Shown: positions 12,957-25,825, counted from the first letter of the whole stretch. The stretch is DNA of 63,677 nt, filler included, from Pirum gemmata (GCA_002812295.1; 22 parts of 22 records of this genome joined end to end with filler, not necessarily neighbours in it); one strand, 5' to 3'. Program-made: numbers and translations. Notes: generated by a model not told the origin, from the sequence alone.

Positions 12957-14811
12957 TCATGTTAAGAAAAGCACCAAACTCAACTCTATCACCTGTTTCT
13001 AATTCTGTTGCTGGTATTGTTATATTGAATTTCTGGTATTGTCCTTTTTTCATAGCTTCAGTTAGATCAACGCCTTTTGGTTATTAAATTTTGATAAACA
13101 ACACGGTTTTCTTCAAAATACAACACTACAACAATACAACAATACAACAATACAACAATACAACAATACAGTGCTATACAGTACAATACAACAATACACA
13201 ACAATGCAATAATACAACAATACAACAATACAACACTACAACAATACAATAATACAACAATGCAACAATACAACAATACAGCAATACAACAATACAGCAA
13301 TACAACAATACAACAATACAACAATACAACAATACAACAATACAACAATACAACAACAATACNNNNNNNNNNNNNNNNNNNNNNNNNNNNNNNNNNNNNN
13401 NNNNNNNNNNNNNNNNNNNNNNNNNNNNNNNNNNNNNNNNNNNNNNNNNNNNNNNNNNNTACTAACCCCAACACTAATTTCAATACAACAATACAACAAT
13501 ACAACAATACAACAACAATACAACAACAAAACAATACAACAATACAACAATACAACAATACAACAATACAACAATACAACAATATAACAATACAACAATA
13601 TAACAATATAACAATATAACAATTTAACAATTTAACAATACAACAATACAACAATACAATTCAACAATAGAACAGTAGACCAATACAACAATACAACAAT
13701 ACAATACTAACACAATACAACAATACAACGATACAACGATATAACAATACAACAATACATTAATATAATAATATAATAATATAGCAATACAACAATACAA
13801 CAATAAAGCAATACAACAATACAACAATACATGTACAACAATACAACAATACAACAATACAACAATACAACAATACAACAATACAACAATACAACAATAC
13901 AAAAATACAACAATACAAAAACACANTTCGAACCACAATCGAACCGGATTTCAGTTTAAAAAGATTGAAATGTGGGTCATTTGTGCAAGAACATAGATCA
14001 TTAAGTATTATGTTTGATATTTTCGAATACTCTTACATTTAATAATTAATTATCTACATCTAATAATTAATTATCTACATGGACATGTTTAATACACTAC
14101 GCTACACTACACCACACCACACCACACTACAGCACAGCACAGAACAGTACAATACAACAATACAACAATACAACAATACAACAATACAACAATACAACAA
14201 TACAACAATACAACAATACAACAATACAACAATGCAATAACATAAACAACATAAACAACAAACTACACAACAGCACAACCAATACAACAATACAACAACA
14301 CAACAACACAACAACACAGCAACACAACAACACAACAATACAATTAAACAATTATACACCAATGCAATAAATTCGAATATCAATACCAGAATTTTTAACA
14401 ACATTCTCTCCGCTACTCTAAACCTAACCCTAACCCTAAACTTAACCCTAACCCTAAACTTAACCCTAACCCTAACCCTAACCCTAACCCTAACCCTAAC
14501 CCTAACCCTAACCCTAATTTAAATAACAATACCAGAATTTCTAATAGCATAATCTCCGTATCTTTCTCCGTGTCCAAAAGTTTGCCTTCCTTTTTTAATA
14601 ACAACAGCAATAAGTGCCATAGTATACATTTCGTCTAAAGTTAAATAATTAAAAGTTGTCTTAAACTGCCCTGAAAATATTTTATCTGTAGTATTAGTTA
14701 CTACCCGATTGATTTCTCTTTCTACCTCCATGTGTTTGTCGTCTTGTTTATATTTGAGTATGGGGTTTCCGTTTACAGTGAGGTTTTTAACGTAAAAGTA
14801 TGTATCAATCC
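12957..14811 (-). CDS. Internal exons of an unidentified protein (approx. 14811-14533, ~14032-13948, 13073-12957) separated by microsatellite introns
   Basis: Open, non-repetitive segments bounded by AG/GT sites (phase 1 for the outer two exons), e.g. GIDTYFYVKNLTVNGNPILKY... and GVDLTEAMKKGQYQKFNITIPATELETGDRVEFGAFLNM|GTAAGT. No family recognised. Confidence 0.45.
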
Positions 14812-15620
14812 CTTTAATCAAAATATAAAATTAATAATAATATTGTATTGCAATATGTATATATGTAGCAATGTTTCCTAGTTTGTTTGTATTGTTTGTA
14901 TTGTTTATATTGTGTGTGTTGTTTGTACATGTTTGTATTGTTTGTATTGTTTGTATTGTTTGTGTTTGTATTGGTTGTAATGTTTTCAATGTTTGTATTG
15001 TTTGTATTGTTTGTATTGTTTGTATATATTATTTGTATTGTTTGTATTGTTTGTATTGTTTGTATTGTTTGTATTGTTTGTATTGTTTGTATTGTTTAAA
15101 TTTGCATTATGTGTAGTGTTTATATTGTTTACATTGTTTGTGGTGTCTGTAGTGTTTGTAATGTTTAGATTAATATTGTTTGCATTGTTTTTATTGTTTT
15201 TATTATTTTTATTGTTTGTATTGTTTGTACATTGCTAATATTGTTTGTATTGTTTGTACACAATAGCAACAGCAGTAGCAACAATAACATGCACAATATA
15301 TAATAATAATAATATGATTAAAAATATTATTAATTATTAATNNNNNNNNNNNNNNNNNNNNNNNNNNNNNNNNNNNNNNNNNNNNTTAATTAATTAANNN
15401 NNNNNNNNNNNNNNNNNNNNNNNNNNNNNNNNNNNNNNNNNATAATATATAATAATAATTAGCTCCCGTCCAGATAATATTATAGTACTAGTAGAGATCT
15501 AGTAGTTTACTAGTATTAATTATAAGTATGGGGTACAAAATTACAAATATGATATTTTTTATTTCATATATTATTAATACCACTGTTATGTATAAAAATA
15601 TTGTAATATTATCATATAAA

Positions 15621-15672
<52 letters not shown>

Positions 15673-15771
15673 GAAAACGAAAAACAAAATAATAAAACCC
15701 TGATTTTGTAACATCAATTGCAAAGTATTTCATTTTTAAAATAACCTTTCAAATTTAGATAAATAAATAAC

Positions 15772-17662
15772 ATGGCTTTTCTTATTGGTGCTGGTGCTTC
15801 CATTGGTGCTATTGTGGCTCTTCAAAACAGATTCCCGGGGCCTAGATTTACTGAATGCAGGCATTTAGAAGATTTTGATCAACAATTAAGTATAAATGAT
15901 AGAGTTTTTCAACCTTTTAGTTATGTAATAGCATCGGATCCACAGTTGTGGCGTCATTTAAATGTTTCAGGAGAAAAAGTAAAAGCAGAAGCAGAAAGAG
16001 ATAATGTGGCACAAGTAAATGCCATTAATATGTATGTTGATAGACAGGGCAATAAGCCGCGTTCTGTTGTTGTTAATGGGGATTTAACAGAATATGGACA
16101 CGTTAACGAACTAGATACTTTTCGCACACATTGGGACAATCGTATAGAAAATAGTCGAGTTTATTATGGTTTAGGTAATCATGATATTGAGAATAATTAT
16201 AATGATTGTTATTTCACAACTTTTGGAGGCCATTATATTCCCAGAGGAAACAAAGGGTGTATGAATGCCATGCTTGATTTTCATGATGATCATTTAAGGT
16301 ATAAATTATTTATGGTCTTTATTAAAAATGTAAATTTTGTATATTTGATGTGATGTTTGATATGCTTATTCTTTTATTTTGTTTTTGGGTTTATTCTTTA
16401 TTATTAATATTTATTCTTAAAATTTATTCTTTATTCTTATCCTTTTCTTATATTCTTATTCTTATTATAAAAGATGTTCGACTGCAAAATCAAACGGGTG
16501 GACAGCAGCAGGCTCAACTTTAAGATCTTATAATCGTGCAGCTCAGGCTTATGCTTGGGTTGATAAGGGGGTTTACTTTATTCAATTAAACCATTTCATA
16601 ATCAAGGAGAACAAAAGAGTAGCTATAGAAAAAGAAGCAAAATTTACCAACGCCGCTAAGGCGAATTATTTGAAACATCAAATAGAAAAGGCTAAGGCTG
16701 CCGATATAAAAGTCATTGTCAATGTACATCATAACAACGAATTAGTTTGGGATGTCGTTAAAAACTATAATGACACAGTATTAGCTATATTTTCTGGTCA
16801 TCTACATCCAAAGTATGGTTTACAAACTGACGAAACTGATCATGCTAACGGAGTGCCTAGTTTTAGATCAGGAGCATCAGATTACCATACATTTTTAAGT
16901 TTAGAATTCAGTAGTACAACAGCGCCAGGTAAAGTAACATTGTATAACTCAACAACCAGCAGTCCAGTTGAAATTAATAGTCAGGACATTGGCTCGTTAG
17001 GTGTTGATACTCCTACTAGTGAGACGAGCCCTTGCCCTGCAGACTCTGGTTCACAAGCGGAATTTTGGACTTGGGAACGTTGTCGTAGCGGACGTGTCAC
17101 TATACATGGTACTGATGGTGGTGATGTGCTTTTGCCTGAAAACGGAGAACTAAAAAGTAATTTGTTTTTTTCTAAGTGGCAAAATGAAATTAGTTGGAGT
17201 TGTGGTGGTAGTTTGGAAAGGACTGTAATTGACAATGATTTCAATTACAATGCCGTTTCTATTAAAGTTAGACACCAAAGAAATAATGGAGGTTTAATCT
17301 CTTTTGGTATTAATAGATGTTACAATAGTTTAAGTAATATTGTTGTTTCCCCAGTACGTGAACCAAGTAATGGACAATGTGAAATGGGTATTAGTGAACA
17401 ATGGAAGTGGGAACGCTGTAGAAGTGCCGAGGTTAAGATTCATGGTAGTGATCATGGTGATGTAAGGTTACCACAAAATGGGAGATTGGTTAATAATATT
17501 TATTTTACTAGAGGTAAAATAAATAGAATTGAATGGAGTTGTGGGAACGATAGGCAACATGTAGATATATCTGATAATGGTTATGCAGCTATAAAATTAA
17601 GGATTAGACACAATCGGAAAGATGGTGGTTTAATATCTTTTGGTATTGGTAGATGTGCTTAA
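15772..17662 (+). CDS. Calcineurin-like metallophosphoesterase with two tandem ~95-aa Cys-containing C-terminal domains; exons 15772-16298 and 16474-17662 (571 aa)
   Basis: Motifs SDPQ, NGDLTEYG, GLGNHD, VHH and FSGHLH occur in order. A GT-AG phase-2 intron at 16299-16473 joins the two listed ORFs in frame through AYAWVDKGVYFIQLNH. Short hydrophobic N-terminus. Confidence 0.88.
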
Positions 17663-19219
17663 TTAATGTATTAATATTATACTAATATTATATAATATAT
17701 TATATTATAATTATATAACAATTATTATCATTTACTTTTTTAATTAATCAATAAAAATAACTTAATAAGGTGATATTAATATATTAATAGTTTTTTACTA
17801 TATTATAAGATGTAAGTATTTTTATGATAGTAATCATGTGTTGTTTTGAAGTTTTGTTTTGATAGTCATGTGAAAATAGTGATCACACGAAAGTATTAGT
17901 CACGTGACTGCTGTTTGAAATAATATAGTTCGAGCCTATATATTAATATAATATATATTCATTAAATAAAATTAATATGAACGAACCCAAAAACCAAAGC
18001 TATGTAGTAGCTATGTCCCAAAATGAAAATGGGTAAAATGAATGAAAATAATAATAATAACAATAATAATATTAATAATAATAACATTATTATAACAATA
18101 ATAANNNNNNNNNNNNNNNNNNNNNNNNNNNNNNNNNNNNNNNNNNNNTTAATTAATTAANNNNNNNNNNNNNNNNNNNNNNNNNNNNNNNNNNNNNNNN
18201 NNNNATAATAATAATAATAAGACTACTGTGACTTTTTGGTTATCATATTCAAGGAAACGTTGCAAGTTATAATATTTAAATTGGCATTTTTAAATTAATA
18301 AATAGCTAATAAAATATACCAAATTAAATTAAAAGGATTTATAATGTATTAATTTGGTACTATTTATTGTAGATTTTACGGTAGACTATTTTGTTTTTAT
18401 ATATTCTAAAGGATTAGACTACTGGGAAAATACAAATCTGATTGATTAGTTTTACGATCTAGACCCTTAATTTCAAATTCTCAAATAGTTGTTTTACTCA
18501 CTAGGAGTTTGACGCTATCCGGCCTACCTTCCTCCCCATCCTGGGGTGGACGGTAGCCTTAGATTATTAGCCACATCTCACTGCCAGTTACAGTTAGTTT
18601 TACCATCTAGACCCTTATTTCAATGTATTAATCATTACTACAAAAAATCCAAATCTGATGGATTAGTTTTACGATCTAGACCCTTAATTTCAAAATATCA
18701 AATAGAACATTTGCAATAATGATTAACACGCATGATTGTTTCTTTTTGTTGTAAACCATAAATACCCGACACCCCAAAGCCCTAACCTTTGACAATTAAA
18801 CAAACTAGATAACAAAAGTTCAAATCTGATGAGTTGGTTTTGCCATCTAGACCCTTATTTCAATGTGTTAATCTTTACTACAACAAATCCAAATCTGATG
18901 TATTAGTTTTACGATGTAGACCCTTAATTTCAAAATCTCAAATAGCACATTTCCAATAATGATAAACACACTTTAAAAAAACTACACAACAAAAGCTCAT
19001 CTGATGAATTAGTTTTACCATCTAGACCCTTCTTTCAACATATTAATCATTACTACAAAAAAAATACAAATCTGAAGGATTAGTTTTACGATCTAGACCC
19101 TTAATTTCAAAAACTCAAAAAGCACATTTACAATAATTTCAATATATTAATCATTACTACAAAAAGTACAGATCTGAAGGATTAGTTCTAAGATCTAGAC
19201 CCTTAATTTCAAAATCTGA

Positions 19220-19360
19220 CATAGCACATTTACAATAATGATTAACACACTTGATTGTTTCTTTTTCTTTTTTAAGCAATTAATACCAGAGGGGCAGTCT
19301 TGTTTACTTCTACACCCCTGTGACCCTAAACATTTGCATTGAAATTGGTTGTTCCAGTAA
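19220..19360 (-). pseudogene. 5'-truncated, diverged copy of the Cys-rich exon
   Basis: NNQFQCKCLGSQGCRSKQDCPSGINCL followed by an indel in the A-run and a damaged stop; a more decayed copy lies at about 18700-18790. Confidence 0.7.
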
Positions 19361-20018
19361 AGACAAAAAGTAAAAATCTGAAGGATTAGTTTTACGATCT
19401 AGACCCTTAATTTCAAAATCTCAAATAGCACATTTATAATAATTTCAATACTACAAAATGTACAAATCTGAAAGATTAGTTTTATAATCTAGACCCTTAA
19501 TTTCAAAATCTCAAATAGCACATTTCAATGTATTAATCATTACTACAAAAAGTACAAATCTGAAGGTTTAGTTTTGCGATCTAGACCCTTAATTTCAAAA
19601 TCTCAAATAGCACATTTACAATAATTTCAATACTACAAAAAGTACAAATCTGAAGGATTAGTTTTACGATCTAGACCCTTAATTTCAAAATCTCAAATAG
19701 CACAATAATTCCAATGTACTAATCATTACTACAAAAAGTACAAATCTGAAGGATTAGTTTTATGATCTGGTCCCTTAATTTCAAAATCTCAAACACCACA
19801 TTTACAATAATTTCAATTCATTAATCCTTACTTAATTTCAATGTATTAATCATTACTGCAAAAAGTAAAAATCTGAAGGATTTGCTTTACGATTTAGACC
19901 CTTAATTTTCAAAATCTCAAATAGCACATTTACAATAATTTCAATGTATTAATCATTAATACAAAAAGTACAAATCTGAAGGATTAGTTTTACGATCTAG
20001 ACCCTTAATTTCAAAATC

Positions 20019-20248
20019 TCAAATAGCACATTTACAATAATGATTAATACACTTAATTGTTTCTTTTTCTATTAAGCAGTTAATACCAGAGGGACAGTAT
20101 TTTGTACTTCTACATCCCTGCGGCCCTAAACATTTGCATTGGAATTGGTTGTTACAATAAGGACTTTGTTCTGCCCCGGCGCATTTTGACCCGCAACTGG
20201 CGAAATCACATAATGCGCTATCACAAGTACATTTTCCATTTACACATC
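20019..20248 (-). CDS. Duplicate terminal exon of the same Cys-rich protein (copy 2)
   Basis: Same 230-nt exon with its acceptor retained; two amino-acid differences (STKD/STKY, CVN/CIN). Confidence 0.55.
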
Positions 20249-20569
20249 CTACAAAAAATTTCAATTCTTTAATCCTTACTTAATTTCAATGTATTAATCA
20301 TTACTGCAAAAAGTACAAATCTGAAGGATTTGCTTTACGATCTAGAACCTTAATTTCAAAATCTCAAATAGCACATTTACAATAATTTTACTGTACTAAT
20401 CATTACTACAAAAAAGTACAAATCTGAAGGATTAGTTATACGATCTAGACCCTTAATTTTCAAAATCTCAAATAGCACATTTACAATAATTTCAATGTAT
20501 TAATCATTAATACAAAAAGTACAAATCTGAAGGATTAGTTTTACGATCTAGACCCTTAATTTCAAAATC

Positions 20570-20799
20570 TCAAATAGCACATTTACAATAATGATTAACA
20601 CACTTAATTGTTTCTTTTTCTATTAAGCAGTTAATACCAGAGGGACAGTCTTTTGTACTTCTACACCCCTGCGGCCCTAAACATTTGCATTGGAATTGGT
20701 TGTTACAGTAAGGACTTTGTTCTGCCCCGGCGCATTTTGACCCACAACTGGCAAAATCACATAATGCGCTATCACAAGTACATTTTCCATTTACACATC
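20570..20799 (-). CDS. Terminal exon of a Cys-rich, defensin/CS-alpha-beta-like repeat protein (copy 1)
   Basis: Acceptor TTTTTTGTAG|GA; 15 Cys in about 76 aa with CxxxC and CxC pairs (CDFASCGSKC...YCNNQFQCKC); TGA stop. Confidence 0.7.
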
Positions 20800-21226
20800 C
20801 TACAAAAAATAATTTAATCAAATGACGTAATTTACTATATAATAATAATNNNNNNNNNNNNNNNNNNNNNNNNNNNNNNNNNNNNNNNNNNNNTTAATTA
20901 ATTAANNNNNNNNNNNNNNNNNNNNNNNNNNNNNNNNNNNNNNNNNNNNTTATTATTATTATTATTAAATATACTTGAGCAATATGATATAATAGTAACT
21001 GAAAAGATAGCAATAGAAATAATAAATACACTTGAGAAGTATAGTCTATTTCATCACAGGTGTCCTCTCGATCTTTAATTTGGCACTGTTTAATTAAGTG
21101 TATAATTGAATCTGTTTATAAAATGTCAATTTAAATATTATAACCAACCAAATAAATATTCGGAGTGAAAAAAATAAATGAAAAGAACAATCTAGAGAAG
21201 AACAGTATTTATAAATTATTATATTA

Positions 21227-21374
21227 CGGAGCTTTCAAATACTACGTAACACCAATTTCTGGTCAAATACAGCTTCAAATACCCCTATCTACCTACTCCT
21301 CGACGTTAATTTCCGGTCAAATACCACCTACCTACCTACTCCTTGACNACGTGACGTATTATTTAAGCGCTCCC
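21227..21374 (+). mobile_element. PIF/Harbinger (Tourist)-like MITE, TIR consensus GGGAGCGTTCAAATAATACGT, TTA target duplication
   Basis: TTA flanks both ends; there is an internal duplicated GGTCAAATAC..CTACCTACCCCT.GACGT unit. Other copies at about 1561-1675, 30593-30704 (-), 45927-46072, 59753-59871 (-) and 60243-60376. Confidence 0.75.
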
Positions 21375-21686
21375 TTATAGTCTATCATATTAAAAATTTT
21401 ATTATTTATAGTGCTTTTCATTTCTTTTGTCATAATAAAATATACAATAAAGAGTACCAAATTAATACAATATAAATCCATTTTATTTAATTTGGTATAT
21501 TTTATAATCTATTTATTAGTTTAAAAATGTCAATTTAAAGGTTATAAACTACCAAATAAATATGCATAACTGAGTCATAACTGTTCAGAGCGACAAAATA
21601 AATGAAAAGCACAATAATATTATTATGTTATAACTATCATAAGTCTTATAATCAGAACTTATAATCATTTTTCACAGTTATTTTTA

Positions 21687-21893
21687 GGCTTCTCCCAATT
21701 CTGCTCTGTTTAAAAATCAAGTCTGTATATTAATTAATTAGTTCGAAATGTTCAAGTTAAGTATTCAAATATATTTATTATTAATAAACCCGAAAAATAT
21801 GAAAAAAATATATTTTTCGAACGTAGCTGAATTTTGGCTTCTTTTGACAACAGAAATTCGAGTTTTCGGGTTTGAGCAGAATTGGGAGAGGCC
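21687..21893 (+). mobile_element. MITE family E with 20-bp TIR GGC(T/C)TCTCCCAATTCTGCTC
   Basis: GGCTTCTCCCAATTCTGCTC ... GAGCAGAATTGGGAGAGGCC; the internal part is also present at about 4960-5133. Confidence 0.8.
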
Positions 21894-22281
21894 ACACTAG
21901 CTACTAGCTAGTTTTCTCCCTAGCATTTTCTGAGATATCTACTGGAACTTTTTTCGAATAGATGCTTATCGAGCCAACCTTAGTTCAGTGTTCTTTACTA
22001 ACAATAGTATTTAAATAGCTTAAAATAGTAAATTTAATTTAGTAGATACCAATTAAAGTAATAATATTAACATTGATAGTAATGAAAACCATAAAAATCG
22101 GAAAAGTTCTGGCAGCTGTTCGGTAATAATAAAATGACGTCATCTCACCCCTACTAGCAGTAGCTAGTTTTCTCCCTAGCATTTTCTCCCAAAAAAATAT
22201 TTGAAATTATGATAGGTCTACTAAGGAATTTAATTGGCCCAATTATGACTTTTCACTGTTTTTGCCTTTTTTGCCTTTTTT

Positions 22282-22342
<61 letters not shown>

Positions 22343-23171
22343 CATACAAAGTAAATCATAATGCATAGCTTGTTTTTATCACTTTTTTATATCATTATCG
22401 TCTATTTCATTACAGTAACTGTTGTCCTCTCAATAATTTGGCACTGTTTAAATGTATAATTGAACTTTTTTATAAAATACAAAACATTAATTATAAAATA
22501 CCAAATTAATTAAAACATGTCTGTTAATTATTAATAGTTTTTTCAAGTAAACTATGATAGTACTATTTGTTGTTTGTTTTTTGTTGTTAGTTGTTTATCA
22601 TTATTGTTTATTTTAATATGATAATTGTTATTAGACCGCATGCAGCTCGGCCCTTCCAACCACAGCTGATAATGAGGTTTATGAGTGTTTATGCATAGTA
22701 TGCATGATATCGACTAACAACTAATCTCAGACCTAATTATTTTTATAATATTATATTATAAGTTTATAACTAGACTGATCAATTGAGTATCAATTGCCAG
22801 AGTATTAATTTTATCATATTCTACTTAGAGTAGTCAGTCCATGTGATAGTTGGCGTGGGAGTTAAAAAAAATTAAAAATCATTGCTAATTTACGCTGCTT
22901 TTTTCCAGCTTTTTTGCCTCTCCTACGGAAGTAACGAGAGCTGCTAGCTCTAACTAGCTACTCTATCTGTATATATCATTTATCATATCATAATGATATA
23001 GTTTATATATATCAGCTCTTTAGCTTTTTGATGTTTTTTTTTTTTTTTTTTTTTTTTGTTACTGACAAAGGAGTTCAAGAAACTCCTGTACTGACAAAAC
23101 AACTTTTTTCTGGCTGTTTTTTTGCTTTTTTTGCTTTTTTTGCTTTTTTTTGTATTATTTATTATTATTTT

Positions 23172-23204
<33 letters not shown>

Positions 23205-23300
23205 TTTTTCAAAAAAATATAAAATAAAAAAAAATGACTCATTGTCAAATTACAAATTGTTATATTATTATAATACATAATATATTCTATAATCGTCTAG

Positions 23301-23435
23301 TATCGTCTATTTCATTACAGTTAGTTGTCCTCTCAATATTTAATTTAGTATTATACTGTTTAAGTGTATAATTGAGCTTATTTATAAAATACAACATTAT
23401 TTATAAGATATCAAATTAATTAAAACATGTCTGAT
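23301..23435 (+). mobile_element. Dispersed repeat family C (~130 bp; TATCGTCTATTTCATTACAG...AAAACATGTCTGATA)
   Basis: Copies at about 21041-21125, 22396-22524, 25985-26094, 26255-26376, 27042-27168 (-), 27169-27300 (-), 32118-32232, 33155-33265 (-), 42437-42548 and 62725-62828. Terminal inversion is only TATC/GATA. Confidence 0.75.
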
Positions 23436-24511
23436 AGTTTTAACTAAACATAATAATAACGTATAATAATTTGACAGCACTATTATGAATTTATGATTCA
23501 TATAAAACAGTCTACGCTATTACCGTAAAAACTCCGTATCATAACATCATAAATATATAATTTAGTAACATGCATAAAAAAAAAAAAATTATATTTATTA
23601 TTGATACACAATTNNNNNNNNNNNNNNNNNNNNNNNNNNNNNNNNNNNNNNNNNNNNTTAATTAATTAANNNNNNNNNNNNNNNNNNNNNNNNNNNNNNN
23701 NNNNNNNNNNNNNTGTTGTTATTGTTATTGTATTGTTGTTGTTATTGTTATTGTTATTATTGTTATTAGTGTTAGTATTAGTATTTGTATTATTATTAGT
23801 ATTAGTGTTAGTATTAGTTTTAATATCGGTAATAGTAATGTTATTATTATTATTAGTATTATTAGTATCATTATTAGTGTTAGTTATTAATATTAGTTTT
23901 AATGTTAGTATCATCAGCATCAGTATTATTTTTTCGTATCAGTATTAGTATTATTATTATTATTAGTTTATTCGTGTTAGTATTGGTTAGTAATTAGGGT
24001 GGTATTAGAATTGTAATATTAGTTAGGGTTAGGGTTAGAGTTAGAGTTAGAGTTAGGGTTAGGGTTAGGTTTTAGTATTAGCATTATTATTAGAATTATT
24101 ATTGGTATTAGTATTAGAATTGGTATTAGTATTGGTATTGGTGTTAGTATGTTTATCAGTATCCATTTTAATATTAGTATATCAGCAGAAGAAGTTATAG
24201 TAGTAGTAGTAGCAGTACTAGTATCAGTATCAGTATCAATATTCTTATCAGTATCAGTATCAATATTCTTATCAGTATCAGTTAGTGTTAGTGTCAGCAT
24301 TAATATTAATATTAATATTGATATTAGTATTTGTAATAATAATAATAATAATAATATTAGTATATCATTATTATTAGTACTATTATTATTAGTATTATTA
24401 TTAGTATTAGTATTATTATTATTAGTAATAGTATTAGCATTGGTATTAGTATCAGTTTTGGTGTTAGTATTGGTATCAGTGTTATTATTATTGTTTTTAT
24501 TGTGTTACTAG

Positions 24512-24601
24512 GTGAAAAGACCACTTTGTACTGTAACGGATGTAGAAAACGGGGCATGGTGTATTACAAGCGTTATCCCCCAAAAACTAACGAAGTTGAA
24601 G
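24512..24601 (+). CDS. Isolated 90-nt internal exon of an unknown gene
   Basis: Unique sequence between microsatellites, bounded by TAG| and |GTATTA; two frames are open, so the frame is undetermined. Confidence 0.5.
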
Positions 24602-24608
24602 GTATTAA

Positions 24609-24663
<55 letters not shown>

Positions 24664-25489
24664 TGCTGTTGTTGTTGTTATGATAGTATTTTTCACTAGT
24701 TATATATATTAGATTAGAATTTTGGATAAGGATTACGGTTATGGTTGATCGTTCATATTATTATATCAATACTTCATTACAATACTAACATTTTACAAAC
24801 CAACCCAAAAATATGTGTTTTACAATAAAATACACAAAAGAACCAAACACCAAACCTGAAGCCATGTAAGTTTTTGTAATAAACCAATGCACTTTTTCTT
24901 ATATTTTAGCCTGTTTTTTTAATACATACATGCATGCTTCGGCTGACCCAGGCCGTATTTGCGTTTGTTTATGTTAATATTTATATTTAAGTTCATATTT
25001 AAAAAATGGAAGGATCACTTTAAAAACAGGAACAATTGAGACTTTGAACAGAGTTAGTCAACATACCTTGGAAGTTAATTAACAACAACTTCAAATCTCA
25101 GACTAGAAAATGTCTTTTTAGTAGCCCAAATCCACACATGATAATCAACCATCGATATACGTCAGAAAGAAATAATTCAATAGTTCTTGGCATTAGCAGA
25201 GGCCTAGCTAGCTATTACTTTTGAATTTGTTTAGTCACGTGACGCGCGTCTTCAAAACATTCTTCCACAAAAACAACAGAATTTTTTTGTTACTAACATG
25301 GTACAGTGTTACTACTGACTATTATATTATTATTATTGATCATTTATTATTGATTATCATTATTAATATTATTATAATATTATTATCGTTATTAATATAT
25401 AATAGAAGTGGTCTAGCTAGCTATGATGCAGACGAGACCCCAGGAACTAGCAATCTCTAGCAGAAAAGGTATACATAGAATTAATTTAT

Positions 25490-25825
25490 CGTCGTTAGGT
25501 GTGCTTAGTGACTAGTGCTGAATAGATATTGTAGTGTGCGTATAGCGGCGTCAACGTGTTGTTTTATTGGGTTGGGCAGTGCGTGGTCAATTTGTGGGCT
25601 ACGTCTGGTTTTGTATTATCTGCTATTAATAATAGGTATCGTTTATAATTCCGATGTACATTAGAAAGAATTTGAGTAATATTTTAAAATCGTTTGCTAT
25701 TAATATTGGTGTGCTGCTAGCTTAAGCGCTTAGTTTAGTGTTAATCGGTATTTGAAGTTGGTTTATAACGTTCTCTAGATCTATAGATGTATTGTTGTTG
25801 GTGTCACGTTGCTGTGTTTCCATGC
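25490..25825 (-). mobile_element. Degenerate Ty1/copia reverse-transcriptase remnant
   Basis: Across frameshifts and stops it reads ASSTPI, LLLIADNTKPDVAHKL and NPIKQHVDAAIRTLQYLFST, resembling the copia pattern TRPDIA...NP...H..AA.R.LRYL..T. Confidence 0.5.

Larger units (their letters stand above)
18425..20580. repeat. Tandem array of about 18 copies of a ~55-bp core (AAATCTGAAGGATTAGTTTTACGATCTAGACCCTTAATTTCAAAATCTCAAATAG) with variable intervening segments
   Basis: On the minus strand the core is the stop codon plus downstream sequence of the Cys-rich exon; copies diverge more towards 18425. Confidence 0.92.

Noticed and set aside
14387..14414. Microexon duplicating the end of the upstream exon (GENVVKNS|GTATTG)
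   Set aside because: No acceptor gives a frame-preserving exon; more likely a decayed local duplication.
20520..20572. SECIS element with TGA read as selenocysteine
   Set aside because: The hairpin lacks the spacing of the canonical AUGA/GA kink-turn and lies immediately after the TGA; readthrough would add only a short tail.
18425..20580. CRISPR array
   Set aside because: Eukaryotic context, no cas genes, and spacers that are mutually homologous pieces of the adjacent exon with very variable length.
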